A DNA stretch of 63,261 nt, filler included, from Candidatus Woesearchaeota archaeon (GCA_003650545.1; 3 parts of 3 records of this genome joined end to end with filler, not necessarily neighbours in it); one strand, 5' to 3'. Shown: positions 10,807 to 20,704, counted from the whole stretch's first letter. Notes: generated by a model from the letters alone, not told the origin. Translations and numbers: made by a program.

Positions 10807-12615
10807 ATGATACTTTCAAATGGATATTTGTGGGCAAGCGTCTCTCTTCAGAGCAGGCGTACACTAAGCGGTAAGAGGCATATATCTCATGGAGAAGCTA
10901 AACACTCTAATGTGTTTGTGCAAGGTGACTGGATGTTTGACTATGATCTTATCACAACTGCAAAGTTGCGTTCTTTTGAAGAAATAGCGCCTAATAAAGT
11001 AAAGCTAGAGTATATCCTGAACAATGAAAAATATAATAGATTTATTCACTTAGCTGATAATATGGTATACGATTACAATAACATTCCTAACGCCAATTAT
11101 AACGTCAAGCCTAGATTCTTAACTAGTTTCCATTTCAGAAAATGGAAGCACCTCCCAAATGTCAAACAAAATAATATCAAAAAAAGGAAAAAGAATAACT
11201 GTGTAGAGTATTCTCGAAAAGGACTAGATAGAATCATGAGAAGCATCTCTGTTGAATGTAAACATATAGGCAAAGATTTTCAGAGGCTCAGGATTGAGGT
11301 ATCTGCAGGTCACCTTGTAAGAAGAAACCTAAAAGACCTTGAATTTCTTAAAACATTATTCTTAGAAGAGGCATCAGCATTAAAAGGGACACGTATGTAT
11401 TCTGCATATAAAGACTGTATTGATTCATTACTTAAATTACAGACCATGGCTGTGAAAATGAAAGACAAAAAGGTTACTAGCGTGTATAGGTGTGTTCTGG
11501 CTGGCTATCCAACATTTCCAAGTGTGTTTGGTCGGGATTCTGATATAGCGAACTACGCATTGGTGCATTATTTTCCTGATCTTGTGAAAGAAAATATTGA
11601 GTTTAGACTAAATTTATTAGGCAAAAAGAAAATTGCCAGAAGTGCAGAAGAAAAAGGCAAAGCCTTGCACGAGCTTCCTATTGATGAGCTCAATAACGCT
11701 GGAAAATTGGTTTATTTTCCCAATTATGTTGGCTGTGACGAAAGCTCGTTATTAATGATAAGTATTTTACGCTATCTGCAGAAAACTGAAGATTTAAACT
11801 TCATCAAGAAAAATAAATCAGAAATAGAATCTTTAGTGAGGTTCATACAGAGTCAACAAAATGAAGAAGGCCTGATTGGCTTTAAGGCGGATCTTAAAGA
11901 CAGTAAAGGAAATTATCTCTATTTTACGTGGAACCACACCTGGAGAGACAGCAACAACAGTATATTTCACAAGGACAAAACATTGCCAGAGCAACCGTTG
12001 TATATGCTATGGGATCAAACCTGTTTGTTCGGCATGTATGCTGAAGCAGCAAAGTTATCAAGAAATCCTAAGTTTGTAATGTTTATACAGCAGATGTTTC
12101 CAAACCTGAATATCAAAATAAAAAATCTAAAAAAACAGATCGAAGGGCGCTATTGGATGGAGGATGAAAAAGCCTATGCTCTTGGTTTAGATAAGAATTA
12201 TAATAAAATAGCTGTTGTTAATTCTGATGTAGCACTTGGTTTATACTACAGGCTCTTTGATACCAAGAGATTTGAAGCAATGTTACATGAACATCTCGAA
12301 AATAAAAACAGTCTAAGAGATAAATTTGGTATCAGGACAATCTCTAAAAACACATCTTATTTTGACAAAAATGGTTATCATACTGGCAGCGTTTGGCCGT
12401 GGCAGAATGCCTTCATTGCAATTGGTTACCAAAAGTATGGTCATCTAAATTATGCAAAAAGACTCCTTCAAAATACAATCGATGTAGTATTTGCGATAAA
12501 TACATCAGAGGCAATAAAATCCGGCTATAAACTTCCGCATAGCCTCGAAAGAGCATGTGAGATCCAAGCATGGAGCGCTAGTAGTATTCCCCTTATGATA
12601 AAAGAGATAAAATAA
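10807..12615 (+). CDS. Amylo-alpha-1,6-glucosidase / glycogen-debranching-enzyme family (alpha/alpha)6 glycoside hydrolase
   Basis: LAGYP-F-SVFGRDS, EEKGKALHE, TWRDS, FGIRT, YHTGSVWPWQN, IQAWSA. Confidence 0.85.
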   Translation: MILSNGYLWASVSLQSRRTLSGKRHISHGEAKHSNVFVQGDWMFDYDLITTAKLRSFEEIAPNKVKLEYILNNEKYNRFIHLADNMVYDYNNIPNANYNVKPRFLTSFHFRKWKHLPNVKQNNIKKRKKNNCVEYSRKGLDRIMRSISVECKHIGKDFQRLRIEVSAGHLVRRNLKDLEFLKTLFLEEASALKGTRMYSAYKDCIDSLLKLQTMAVKMKDKKVTSVYRCVLAGYPTFPSVFGRDSDIANYALVHYFPDLVKENIEFRLNLLGKKKIARSAEEKGKALHELPIDELNNAGKLVYFPNYVGCDESSLLMISILRYLQKTEDLNFIKKNKSEIESLVRFIQSQQNEEGLIGFKADLKDSKGNYLYFTWNHTWRDSNNSIFHKDKTLPEQPLYMLWDQTCLFGMYAEAAKLSRNPKFVMFIQQMFPNLNIKIKNLKKQIEGRYWMEDEKAYALGLDKNYNKIAVVNSDVALGLYYRLFDTKRFEAMLHEHLENKNSLRDKFGIRTISKNTSYFDKNGYHTGSVWPWQNAFIAIGYQKYGHLNYAKRLLQNTIDVVFAINTSEAIKSGYKLPHSLERACEIQAWSASSIPLMIKEIK

Positions 12616-12635
12616 TTTCTAAAATACCATAAAAC

Positions 12636-12643
12636 TTTATAAA
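12636..12643 (+). promoter_or_regulatory. Archaeal TATA box, probably leaderless transcript
   Basis: TTTATAAA ending 24 nt before ATG 12667; the same geometry occurs at 23204-23211, 24382-24389 and 25629-25636 (TTTATATA). Confidence 0.6.
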
Positions 12644-12666
12644 AACAACTATTTTAACATTAAAAA

Positions 12667-13269
12667 ATGCAACATTACAAACAAACCACATCAGCAACGT
12701 GTGCAGCTGCAGGACTTTTAATGATTCTAAACCACTTTGACAAGACATTCAAACTAACGAAGGAGAATGAGCAGAGAATCTGGATGAGTACTGCAACAAT
12801 ACCTATTAGGGGTTCTTCCATATATGCATTAGCAAAATTTGCAAAAAAGCAAGATATCCCAGTAAGGGTTGTTGTTGGTCAGCAAGAATACAAATTCCCA
12901 AACTATCGTTTTAAATCTTACAAGAAAAGTGAGATAGAAGAAGCAGCCTACACTTCTGAGCTTTATTATAAAGATGCCGTACTTGAAGGTATCCCTATAG
13001 ATGAGCGCGAAATGAGGTTTGAAGAAATTGAAAAACTCCTTAATGAAGGAAAAATATTATTATTAAGGATAAATAGGGCTGTTATATGTGAAGATACAAA
13101 CAAGACAGAATCCAATTATATGCCTGTATATGGAATCAAAAATGGCAAATATTTGCTAATGGATCCTCACACAGGTCCAAAAGAGCTTGATCCTGAAGTA
13201 ATGAGAGAAGCTTTTGAAACAGTCAGAACAAAAAGCCACAGAGACTACAGAATGATTATATTTGGTTAA
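12667..13269 (+). CDS. Peptidase C39-like (papain fold) protein
   Basis: N-terminal YKQTTSATCAAA (Q...C), later hydrophobic strand and MDP motif; Asn appears where the catalytic His is expected. Confidence 0.7.
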   Translation: MQHYKQTTSATCAAAGLLMILNHFDKTFKLTKENEQRIWMSTATIPIRGSSIYALAKFAKKQDIPVRVVVGQQEYKFPNYRFKSYKKSEIEEAAYTSELYYKDAVLEGIPIDEREMRFEEIEKLLNEGKILLLRINRAVICEDTNKTESNYMPVYGIKNGKYLLMDPHTGPKELDPEVMREAFETVRTKSHRDYRMIIFG

Positions 13270-13452
13270 TATGTTAGGGGACATTAGGGTTCTATTTTTA
13301 TTTTTTATTATGGTGGTTTTAGTTAAAATTCTTTTGAATATCTCTAAAAAAATAGTTGAATATCTCTAAAAAAGAGTTTTAGGGCACATTCTCTAAAAAG
13401 CATATTCTCCCTAACAATAATATATAAATATCTCTTCTAATCAAATAACACC

Positions 13453-15894
13453 ATGTTGCTTCGATCTTTAAAACTAGAGAACATAAGAAGCTATGTGAAT
13501 GAAGAGATAGTATTCCCTGAAGGTTCTTTGTTATTAGCCGGTGATGTGGGCGCAGGTAAAAGCACGATCCTACATGCTATTGAATTTGCTTTATTTGGCA
13601 TAAAAAGGGGCGATCTTTCAGGAGATGCTTTATTAAGAAATGGTGCTAACCAAGGATCTGTCGAGCTGAAGTTTAGATTGAAAGATTCTGAGATTGTAAT
13701 AAAACGTCAACTTAAACGTTCTAGAGACACTACGAAACAAGAAACAGGCTACATCGTCATAAACAATAAAAAGACAGCAGGTACTCCTATCGAGCTAAAG
13801 ACAAAAGTACTTGATCTTCTTGGGTATCCATCGACATTATTAACAAAAGGCAAAGACTTGCTCTATCGTTTTACTGTCTATACCCCCCAAGATCAAATGA
13901 AACAGATTCTGTTAGAAAACAGTGAAACTAGACTTGAGACATTAAGAAAAGTTTTTGGGATCGATAAATATAAATTAATACGAGAGAATCTGCAAGTGTA
14001 TCTAAGGAAACTTAAAGAAAAAATAAAGATAAAGCAATTTAAAATTGAGGATCTACCAAAACTAAGGATTGAGTATTGTGAGATCAAAGAAAAAGCAAAT
14101 GATAAACAGCAGGAGATGGCTAAACTCAAGCCAATGCTCGACAATTTAAAGATGGTTATAAGAGATCGTATCAAAAATTTAACAAACGCAGAGCAGGCTA
14201 TCAAGCAGCTAAACATGAGTAAACAACAACTGAGCCAGATAAAAGGAAAGATGAATGAACTGCTGAAGAAACGCGAGAGAAACAAGGACCTGCTAGTCAG
14301 TTTACAAGCAGAAATAGAAAAGATTAATAAAAAAATTAGTGATATAATAATTAAAAATGAATCTGTTAACGCTGCACTGATTGAGTCGTTGAGAGAGAAG
14401 ATTAGCAAAGTTGCACAGGATAAGGTCAGAATTGGATCTTGTATTGAAACATTAGAAAGACAACTAAAAACGCTAGAACAGGAGATGGACGAAATTGATA
14501 ATTTGAATAAAAAACTAGATGAAAAAAACAGACAGATGGGGGAATATGCAGAAGCATTGAAAATTAAGCGATTATTAAATGAAGAAATCGCTGTAATAAA
14601 TAACAGAATCAACAAACTTAATCTAGAGATTCGTGAACATGAAGTCCTGAAAACTGAGGCAATAAAAACAAAAGAACGCATCACAAAGCTAGATAAATGT
14701 CCAACATGTATGCAACCAGTTGGAGAAGAGCATAAGGCACAAATCCATCAGATTGAAGAAAGAAAGATCAATTATAGCAGGACAAAGATAGCCGAACATC
14801 TGGCAACATTAGAAAAGTTACAGAAAGACTTAACAAAAAAAGAAAAAAAGTTGGAAGAACTTCTTGAGATAGAGAAAACAATTGAACGCTTAAACTCCGA
14901 GATAATTTTTATCAACAATTCAATAAGAAAGGCTCAAGAAAAGCAATCACAATTTAATGAATTGAAGAAGCAGAAAGCCAATCATGAAAAACAACTTACA
15001 GAAATTATGAAGATTGATACTGATGCAGAAAAGAAATTAATTGCAGAGCTTGAAACCGACATGAAGAATCTACAAGAAAGGAAATATCTACAACATCTGC
15101 TTGGAGAAAAGACAAAGCTAAAAGATTCTGTTACACAAGAACAAGACGAAATCAAGGAAGAAATAGGCAAGCTTAATCTTGATAAGATAGAGTTAACAAG
15201 AATAATCGAGTTGTTCAAGAATTCTGAAGAAAATTATCGTAACCTTAGGAAAGAGCTTGACAACCTTAGAGAGCGTGAAAAAGAGTTGTCTGTAAAGGCC
15301 GCTCAGCTTGGCAAAGAACATGAGAGTTATATATGCGATTTAACAAGAATAGAAGACAAACTAAAAAGACAAGAGGAATTACAGCAGCAAATCAACAAAA
15401 TGCAAATATTACATGATTGGCTAAGCAATCACTTCCTAAATCTCATGATTGTGATTGAAAGGAAGGTGATGGCAAACTTATATGCTGAATTTAACTCATT
15501 CTTCCAAGAATGGTTTAATATGCTTATTGATGAAGAGAACATTACTGCGAGGTTGGACGATGAATTCGCACCAATTGTTATACAGAATGGTTACGAGACA
15601 GGTGTTTCAAATCTTTCTGGTGGTGAAAAGACCTCGCTAGCGTTAGCATACCGTTTATCATTAAATCGTGTAATAAATGATTTTGTGCATAGTATCAAAA
15701 CAAAAGATCTAATAATATTGGATGAGCCGACTGATGGATTTAGTACAGAACAGTTGGATAAAGTTAGAGATGTTTTAGAGGAATTATCTATCAAACAAGT
15801 AGTAATAGTCAGTCATGAACCAAAGATAGAAAGCTTTGTTGACCACACGATAAGAATTGTTAAGACAGACCATGTTAGCAGAGTGATTGGGTAG
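13453..15894 (+). CDS. rad50: Rad50/SbcC-type SMC-family ATPase with zinc hook
   Basis: Walker A GDVGAGKST, long coiled coils, central CPTC hook, LSGGE signature, Walker B/D-loop ILDEPTDGF, H-loop VSHE. Confidence 0.9.
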   Translation: MLLRSLKLENIRSYVNEEIVFPEGSLLLAGDVGAGKSTILHAIEFALFGIKRGDLSGDALLRNGANQGSVELKFRLKDSEIVIKRQLKRSRDTTKQETGYIVINNKKTAGTPIELKTKVLDLLGYPSTLLTKGKDLLYRFTVYTPQDQMKQILLENSETRLETLRKVFGIDKYKLIRENLQVYLRKLKEKIKIKQFKIEDLPKLRIEYCEIKEKANDKQQEMAKLKPMLDNLKMVIRDRIKNLTNAEQAIKQLNMSKQQLSQIKGKMNELLKKRERNKDLLVSLQAEIEKINKKISDIIIKNESVNAALIESLREKISKVAQDKVRIGSCIETLERQLKTLEQEMDEIDNLNKKLDEKNRQMGEYAEALKIKRLLNEEIAVINNRINKLNLEIREHEVLKTEAIKTKERITKLDKCPTCMQPVGEEHKAQIHQIEERKINYSRTKIAEHLATLEKLQKDLTKKEKKLEELLEIEKTIERLNSEIIFINNSIRKAQEKQSQFNELKKQKANHEKQLTEIMKIDTDAEKKLIAELETDMKNLQERKYLQHLLGEKTKLKDSVTQEQDEIKEEIGKLNLDKIELTRIIELFKNSEENYRNLRKELDNLREREKELSVKAAQLGKEHESYICDLTRIEDKLKRQEELQQQINKMQILHDWLSNHFLNLMIVIERKVMANLYAEFNSFFQEWFNMLIDEENITARLDDEFAPIVIQNGYETGVSNLSGGEKTSLALAYRLSLNRVINDFVHSIKTKDLIILDEPTDGFSTEQLDKVRDVLEELSIKQVVIVSHEPKIESFVDHTIRIVKTDHVSRVIG

Positions 15895-16059
15895 AATCTA
15901 GTGATTTCTAAATAAAAGAATATATTAGAATTAATTCTAATACACAGATTCTGCATCAAGAGAAATAAGCTATAAGAAAAATAAACTATGTGGATTTGTT
16001 CAGATTTGTCTAAGATTAAACACAATGTTTATATACTCTTATGTCATTCTAAGTATTGT

Positions 16060-16165
16060 TCTGCAGCATTAGTAGAGCAATCTCAAGGGAGGTGATGCCG
16101 TCTATGACAGCAACACATAAGTGATCTTTGTGATCTGTCCTTGGGCTCTGTTGCTAATGCTGTCT
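16060..16165 (+). ncRNA. Candidate structured RNA or leader: long hairpin enclosing a strong SD and 6-codon ORF
   Basis: gcagcattagta/tgctaatgctgt, gagc/gctc and ctcaaggg/tccttggg pair with several G-U pairs; TATA box tttatata at 16028-16035; loop has GGAGGTGA and ATG ACA GCA ACA CAT AAG TGA (16104-16124). Confidence 0.55.
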
Positions 16166-16189
16166 GCATTGTTTTAAGAGGGGGTTATC

Positions 16190-16417
16190 ATGGAAGATAT
16201 GAGTTTACGTGAAGCGATAGCCGAAGCATATAATACCATAAAGCCTAAAATCACAAAAGAACAGATAGCTGGTGTTATTGTTTTCATGGTTCTTGCGGCT
16301 ATGTTTAGTACAGTTGGTTCAGCAGTTTATAAGGGTGTGATCCCAAATGTTTTAATGGACTTGTTAGTTTTGGTTGTCGGAATAACTGTGCTTATTTTTA
16401 TTGCGTATCTGTTATGA
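16190..16417 (+). CDS. Small two-TM membrane protein
   Basis: SD gaggggg; two hydrophobic helices. Confidence 0.75.
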   Translation: MEDMSLREAIAEAYNTIKPKITKEQIAGVIVFMVLAAMFSTVGSAVYKGVIPNVLMDLLVLVVGITVLIFIAYLL

Positions 16418-16630
16418 AGAATTGAGTTACTTTGTGAGTTACTTTGGTCATTAATTAAAGATTTATTGTATCTATATCATTAATTAGTAGATTCATTATA
16501 TTTTATAATATCTCTAGTTTGCTTACCTTGCTTGTTTTAAATCTTACACCCAAATCATAAAAACTTTTAAATATAAAATTCATTCCTTCTGATCATTCCT
16601 TAATCCATTAGCTATTTAAGGATTATTTAA

Positions 16631-16727
16631 GGGGCGGTGGTCTAGTTTGGCTATGATACATGCCCGGGGCAGAATCTTTAAGATTTCTCGAAGCATGTGG
16701 TCGGGGGTTCGAATCCTCCCCGCCCCA
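16631..16727 (+). tRNA. tRNA-Pro(GGG) with 22-nt intron
   Basis: Acceptor GGGGCGG/CCGCCCC, D-arm GTCT...TGAT, anticodon stem CATGC/GCATG, T-loop TTCGAAT, discriminator A; hairpin intron in the anticodon loop (~16671-16692); CCA not encoded. Confidence 0.88.
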
Positions 16728-16973
16728 TCAAGAGAAATGATTCTGTCTCATTAATCAATTTTTATATTCAATTTTTATATTTTTTTATGTTCTGAATACC
16801 CTAAAACAACCATAAAACAAGCAAGCGAGACTACTAGTCGCACTAAGTTGCACTATCTCTGTTTTACATTTCGCACACTCAGACACACTTATGTCTACAC
16901 TAATATACAAAAAATATGCAAAAACCACAATCTTTAAATAGAAGTAAAGAAACACAATATTTTAGGTGATAGC

Positions 16974-18455
16974 GTGAAGCTAAAAAATTTACTAGCTGTT
17001 TTACTTCTAATCATAACATTCATTGCTACAGCTATTGCTACAGTTTACGCTGACTCTAATTTTGCAATTCAAAAATCGATTATAAAAGACTCAATAATAG
17101 AGGGAGAGTCAGCTAATTTTATTATAACGATTGCTAACTATGCTAATGAGCCACAAGAGTTTGAATTAAGTTCGCCTGACGAGATTAATCTGTGGAGTTT
17201 CTTTACACAACCATTAACTGATAAAGCGGGCGTGATTGTCCCAGCAGGGAGTGTTAAAAACGTATCAGTGTTCTTCCAACCATTCAGCTATGATATCGCA
17301 GATACTGAGGTTCGTGTCAAAGTAAAAAATAAAGATACTGGCATATCACAAACTGTTTCAATGATTGTAAAGTTTCCTTCTGCTGCAAAGACTCAACCTG
17401 GTGAATATGTGCCTAATTATGTGGCTTCTGCAACCATGACTGACCGTGACATCGATCCAAGTGCCGAACTTTTGAATGTTGTTGTTACATTCAAAAATAA
17501 GAATCAGCGTAACATCCCAGAAATCATTGTTCATCTATACGGCAATACATTCGATACTACATTCAACACATCGTTAGGGCCATTCGAAAGTAAGACAGAA
17601 ACATACGCTATCGAGCTGGACCCAAACACACCGCCACAGCTAGACTCGGTTAGTTTTGATATTTATATTCCTAAACCTGAGAACTATACTTTGTCTGAAA
17701 CATTTTTAAGACCAACAAAGCCAGTGCAGGCATTGACATTTACGATTCTTGGATACTCTAGCATCCTAAAGGAAGAAAGCATCAGAGAGAGTTTTTTGAA
17801 AACTGAGAGAATAATTACATATAAAAACGCGGGTACTAACACAGAGCAACTTACCGAAGAAATACCTGTTTCTATATTCAAAAAGATTAAATATGATCTG
17901 ATCCCTAGTAAAGAAGGTGATAAATACACATGGACACTAACACCAGGGCAAACATTGAAGTTAGTTATTACCGCTAGCTATCAAGGTTTATTTATAGCTC
18001 TAATGGTTATTGTAGCAATCGTAATAGTTAGCATTGCTATCTACTTTATAAAAAGATCACCTATAGTGTTAAATAAATCCGTGGGTCAGTTAAAAACAAA
18101 GGAAGGCGGGATTTCCACAGTGAAGATAAGGGTTGATGTGAAGAACCGCAGCAAGCAAAACATCAAATATGTTAAGATTATTGATAAAATCCCTAGGATA
18201 GCTTCTCTTATTTCAGAAATTGAGCCTGGCACATTAACTCCTAGCAAGACATTGAAGCATGATACGAAAGGAACTTTGTTGGAGTATGAAATAGATCAAC
18301 TAGATTCTGGCGAAGAGAGAATTATTACATACTCTATCAAATGTAAGTTAAGTGTTTTAGGCGACTTTAAGTTACCAAGAGTTATTGCGAAGTATAACTA
18401 CAAAGGAGCAGCTAAAATCAGCAGAAGCAATAGCCTAGTTTTGAAAAATGAATAG
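16974..18455 (+). CDS. Conserved archaeal membrane protein with Ig/CARDB-like domains
   Basis: GTG start with SD aggtga; signal peptide, beta-rich ectodomain, TM near residue 335-360, C-terminal Ig-like domain. Confidence 0.7.
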   Translation: MKLKNLLAVLLLIITFIATAIATVYADSNFAIQKSIIKDSIIEGESANFIITIANYANEPQEFELSSPDEINLWSFFTQPLTDKAGVIVPAGSVKNVSVFFQPFSYDIADTEVRVKVKNKDTGISQTVSMIVKFPSAAKTQPGEYVPNYVASATMTDRDIDPSAELLNVVVTFKNKNQRNIPEIIVHLYGNTFDTTFNTSLGPFESKTETYAIELDPNTPPQLDSVSFDIYIPKPENYTLSETFLRPTKPVQALTFTILGYSSILKEESIRESFLKTERIITYKNAGTNTEQLTEEIPVSIFKKIKYDLIPSKEGDKYTWTLTPGQTLKLVITASYQGLFIALMVIVAIVIVSIAIYFIKRSPIVLNKSVGQLKTKEGGISTVKIRVDVKNRSKQNIKYVKIIDKIPRIASLISEIEPGTLTPSKTLKHDTKGTLLEYEIDQLDSGEERIITYSIKCKLSVLGDFKLPRVIAKYNYKGAAKISRSNSLVLKNE

Positions 18456-18513
18456 AGAAAATAAATTGAAAAGAATTTAACTTTCTTTAATTTTTGTGTG
18501 GCCTAATAAAAAT

Positions 18514-19107
18514 TTATCTGCTACTATCAGCTTGTCTTTCTAATTCTAATTTTTTAACAATAGCAATAGAATTTCCACTTAAGTTATAAGCGTTGATTAT
18601 CTCTTCGGCAAGCGTTTGTGCAGCCTTCTTCTTAGAGTTAAAAGCTTTATGATATGCTCCCTGAACCATCTGCCTTAATGCTATATCAATCCTTCTTTGG
18701 GGTGCACATTCAACAGCTTTTGGATAACGTGCGCCTCCATATTCAATTGTTATAATCTCTTCCCTTGGGGCAGCATTCCCAATTGCTTTAACAAGAACCT
18801 CAATAGGATTTTTATTTGTCTTGCTTTCTATAATCTCAAATGCCTTTTCAACAAGTTGTAGTGCTTTATTTTTACCAGTATTATGACCTGATGTCTTTAA
18901 ATGCTTTTTTCCTTTATGTCCAGCAACCATAAGCTTGTTGATCAAGCGTTCTACGATAGAATTTTTTGATTTATGGAATCTTACTCCTATATTTCTCCCT
19001 TGAGATTTTGGTACTATTCTAGGCTTCAGTGTGATATACCTAACTAAACCTGGATCTGTTACCTTTATACCTGATGTGCTCCATCTATTAAACACGTTGA
19101 TCTCCAT
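18514..19107 (-). CDS. rps7: 30S ribosomal protein uS7 (archaeal type)
   Basis: IVERLINKLM, NPIEVLVKAIGNAAPREE, RRIDIAL, ELERQADSSR. Confidence 0.97.
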   Translation of the reverse strand: MEINVFNRWSTSGIKVTDPGLVRYITLKPRIVPKSQGRNIGVRFHKSKNSIVERLINKLMVAGHKGKKHLKTSGHNTGKNKALQLVEKAFEIIESKTNKNPIEVLVKAIGNAAPREEIITIEYGGARYPKAVECAPQRRIDIALRQMVQGAYHKAFNSKKKAAQTLAEEIINAYNLSGNSIAIVKKLELERQADSSR

Positions 19108-19315
19108 AAATTTAAGATATTTGAAGGTGCTTTATAAAGCTTACTCAAATGGGCTATGTCAACTTAAGTAGCTTATAAACTTATCTAAGCAATGATTAGC
19201 TTTAAATTAGCTTTAATTATTAGTAACAAAATAAAAAAATTTATATATGAGTATACATTTTCCCATATTAGTACTTGTGGGTTGGGGGCACAAGCAAAAG
19301 AAAAAAGGACAGAAA

Positions 19316-19732
19316 ATGCAACCAACCAAAACAAGAATAGAAGCAACAGAGCTTTTAGAAAAAAATCCAGACCAAATATGTAGTTTAATTCTTAGACATT
19401 TACACGACTCTGGTGCAACTATCGAAATATCTTTAAGAGATCTTAATATTGAACAATTAAGGGTTGTTAATGAGGGTTTAAAATTTATATGTGAACAACT
19501 TCTTGGATATCAAAATAGAGGTCAATCTCGTATTGTTTTAACTGATGTTGATAGAAGATACGAGCTTTCGGCGTTTGTTACATTTGCAACTACTTACGAT
19601 ATCCCTGTTGAATATACTGAAAATAGTTCTGATTATAAAATTATTCCAGAAGTCACGTCGTCTATCTCTAAATATGATTCTCCTGACAGAATAGATTATA
19701 TTATACAAACAATATCGAAGAACTTACACTAA
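19316..19732 (+). CDS. Hypothetical protein
   Basis: ORF track starts at 19247, but that ATG overlaps a TATA box (tttatata 19240-19247); ATG 19316 has an aagga SD. Confidence 0.55.
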   Translation: MQPTKTRIEATELLEKNPDQICSLILRHLHDSGATIEISLRDLNIEQLRVVNEGLKFICEQLLGYQNRGQSRIVLTDVDRRYELSAFVTFATTYDIPVEYTENSSDYKIIPEVTSSISKYDSPDRIDYIIQTISKNLH

Positions 19733-19736
19733 GACA

Positions 19737-20207
19737 CTAAGAATATTTATTTATTTCTCTCTCTATTTCTCCAATAATACAAACGCCTTGTTTGGAGTGT
19801 GCTGTTTTTAATATTATTGAATAATTTTTATTGAAGATTCTTCTGTCATTCTCGTCAATATACACCTTACCTATACCTTCAATCATAAAATTAAATATAT
19901 TTTTTTCTTCTCTTATAGCATCCTGCACTATTAGCAAATCCCCTTCATAATAATCGTAAACAATCCTCTCCAATGCTAATGATAGAATAGGATAAATCGG
20001 ATGTGCAATCAAGTCAAGGCAATGGATTTTTTTAAACTCTTCTCTAACCCTTGCTGTTGTCATAAATATATCTCCTTTAGTATCAAAAGTATATGTATAA
20101 TTATCATGATCTCCAATGCAAAACAGAAAATTGTTTTTATAGTTCAATAACTCCCGAATCTGTTCATAACTCATCTGAATTAGTTTACTATCTAGCATTA
20201 CTACCAC
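19737..20207 (-). CDS. Hypothetical protein sharing an N-terminal motif with an internal segment of the 7989-aa giant
   Basis: 156-aa ORF; KLIQMSYEQIRELL matches [14 protein letters not shown] in the giant. Confidence 0.65.
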   Translation of the reverse strand: MVVMLDSKLIQMSYEQIRELLNYKNNFLFCIGDHDNYTYTFDTKGDIFMTTARVREEFKKIHCLDLIAHPIYPILSLALERIVYDYYEGDLLIVQDAIREEKNIFNFMIEGIGKVYIDENDRRIFNKNYSIILKTAHSKQGVCIIGEIEREINKYS

Positions 20208-20407
20208 CTTTTATACTTGATTTCTTTGACTAGAAAAGAGTAAAAGAGTTTGTATTATATATCTGTAATCAATAGAGAATACGACAGAGTTATACAAATT
20301 TCTGCTGCATTGCTGTTTTTGCGAGCAAAGAAAAATATGACCTGAAGTACATTATAAAGTCCTAAAAAAAAAGAAAACAAATAGTTCTATACCAAAACTA
20401 AAGAGAA

Positions 20408-20550
20408 TAAAATATAAACATGATAAAATATAAACATAAGCAATAATAAGTAATACATAGAATAATAAGTAATACATAGAAAAGTAATACATAAAATAAT
20501 AAGTAATACATAGAAAAATAATACATAAAATAATAAGTAATACATAGAAT
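20408..20550. repeat. Intergenic tandem repeats (16-bp x2, then ~15-19-bp aataataagtaatacatag-type units x6)
   Basis: taaaatataaacat twice, followed by repeated taatacata cores. Confidence 0.8.
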
Positions 20551-20704
20551 AGCGTTTATTTTTACTTACAGAATAATATTACTGGAAATTCATAGTAACA
20601 GGCATAGAATAGCATTAATAATGGCCCCTTCTCTGTGACTACACAATAATAGTAATAACAAGGAAAGATTTAAATAATACGTTTTAATAATAACAGCAGA
20701 GGGG

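Noticed and set aside
13893..15794. Antisense ORFs within rad50, and the many short antisense ORFs in both giants and other genes
   Set aside because: Ser/Phe/Leu/Ile-rich mirror translations of Lys/Glu-rich sense genes, without start signals.
16089..16135. Fluoride (crcB) riboswitch because of GGTGATG
   Set aside because: Lacks the complementary TCACC/TCGCC strand and the downstream pseudoknot segment.
20408..20550. Possible CRISPR array (also 3255-3439, 7371-7799)
   Set aside because: Repeats are contiguous with no unique spacers, and no cas genes are present.
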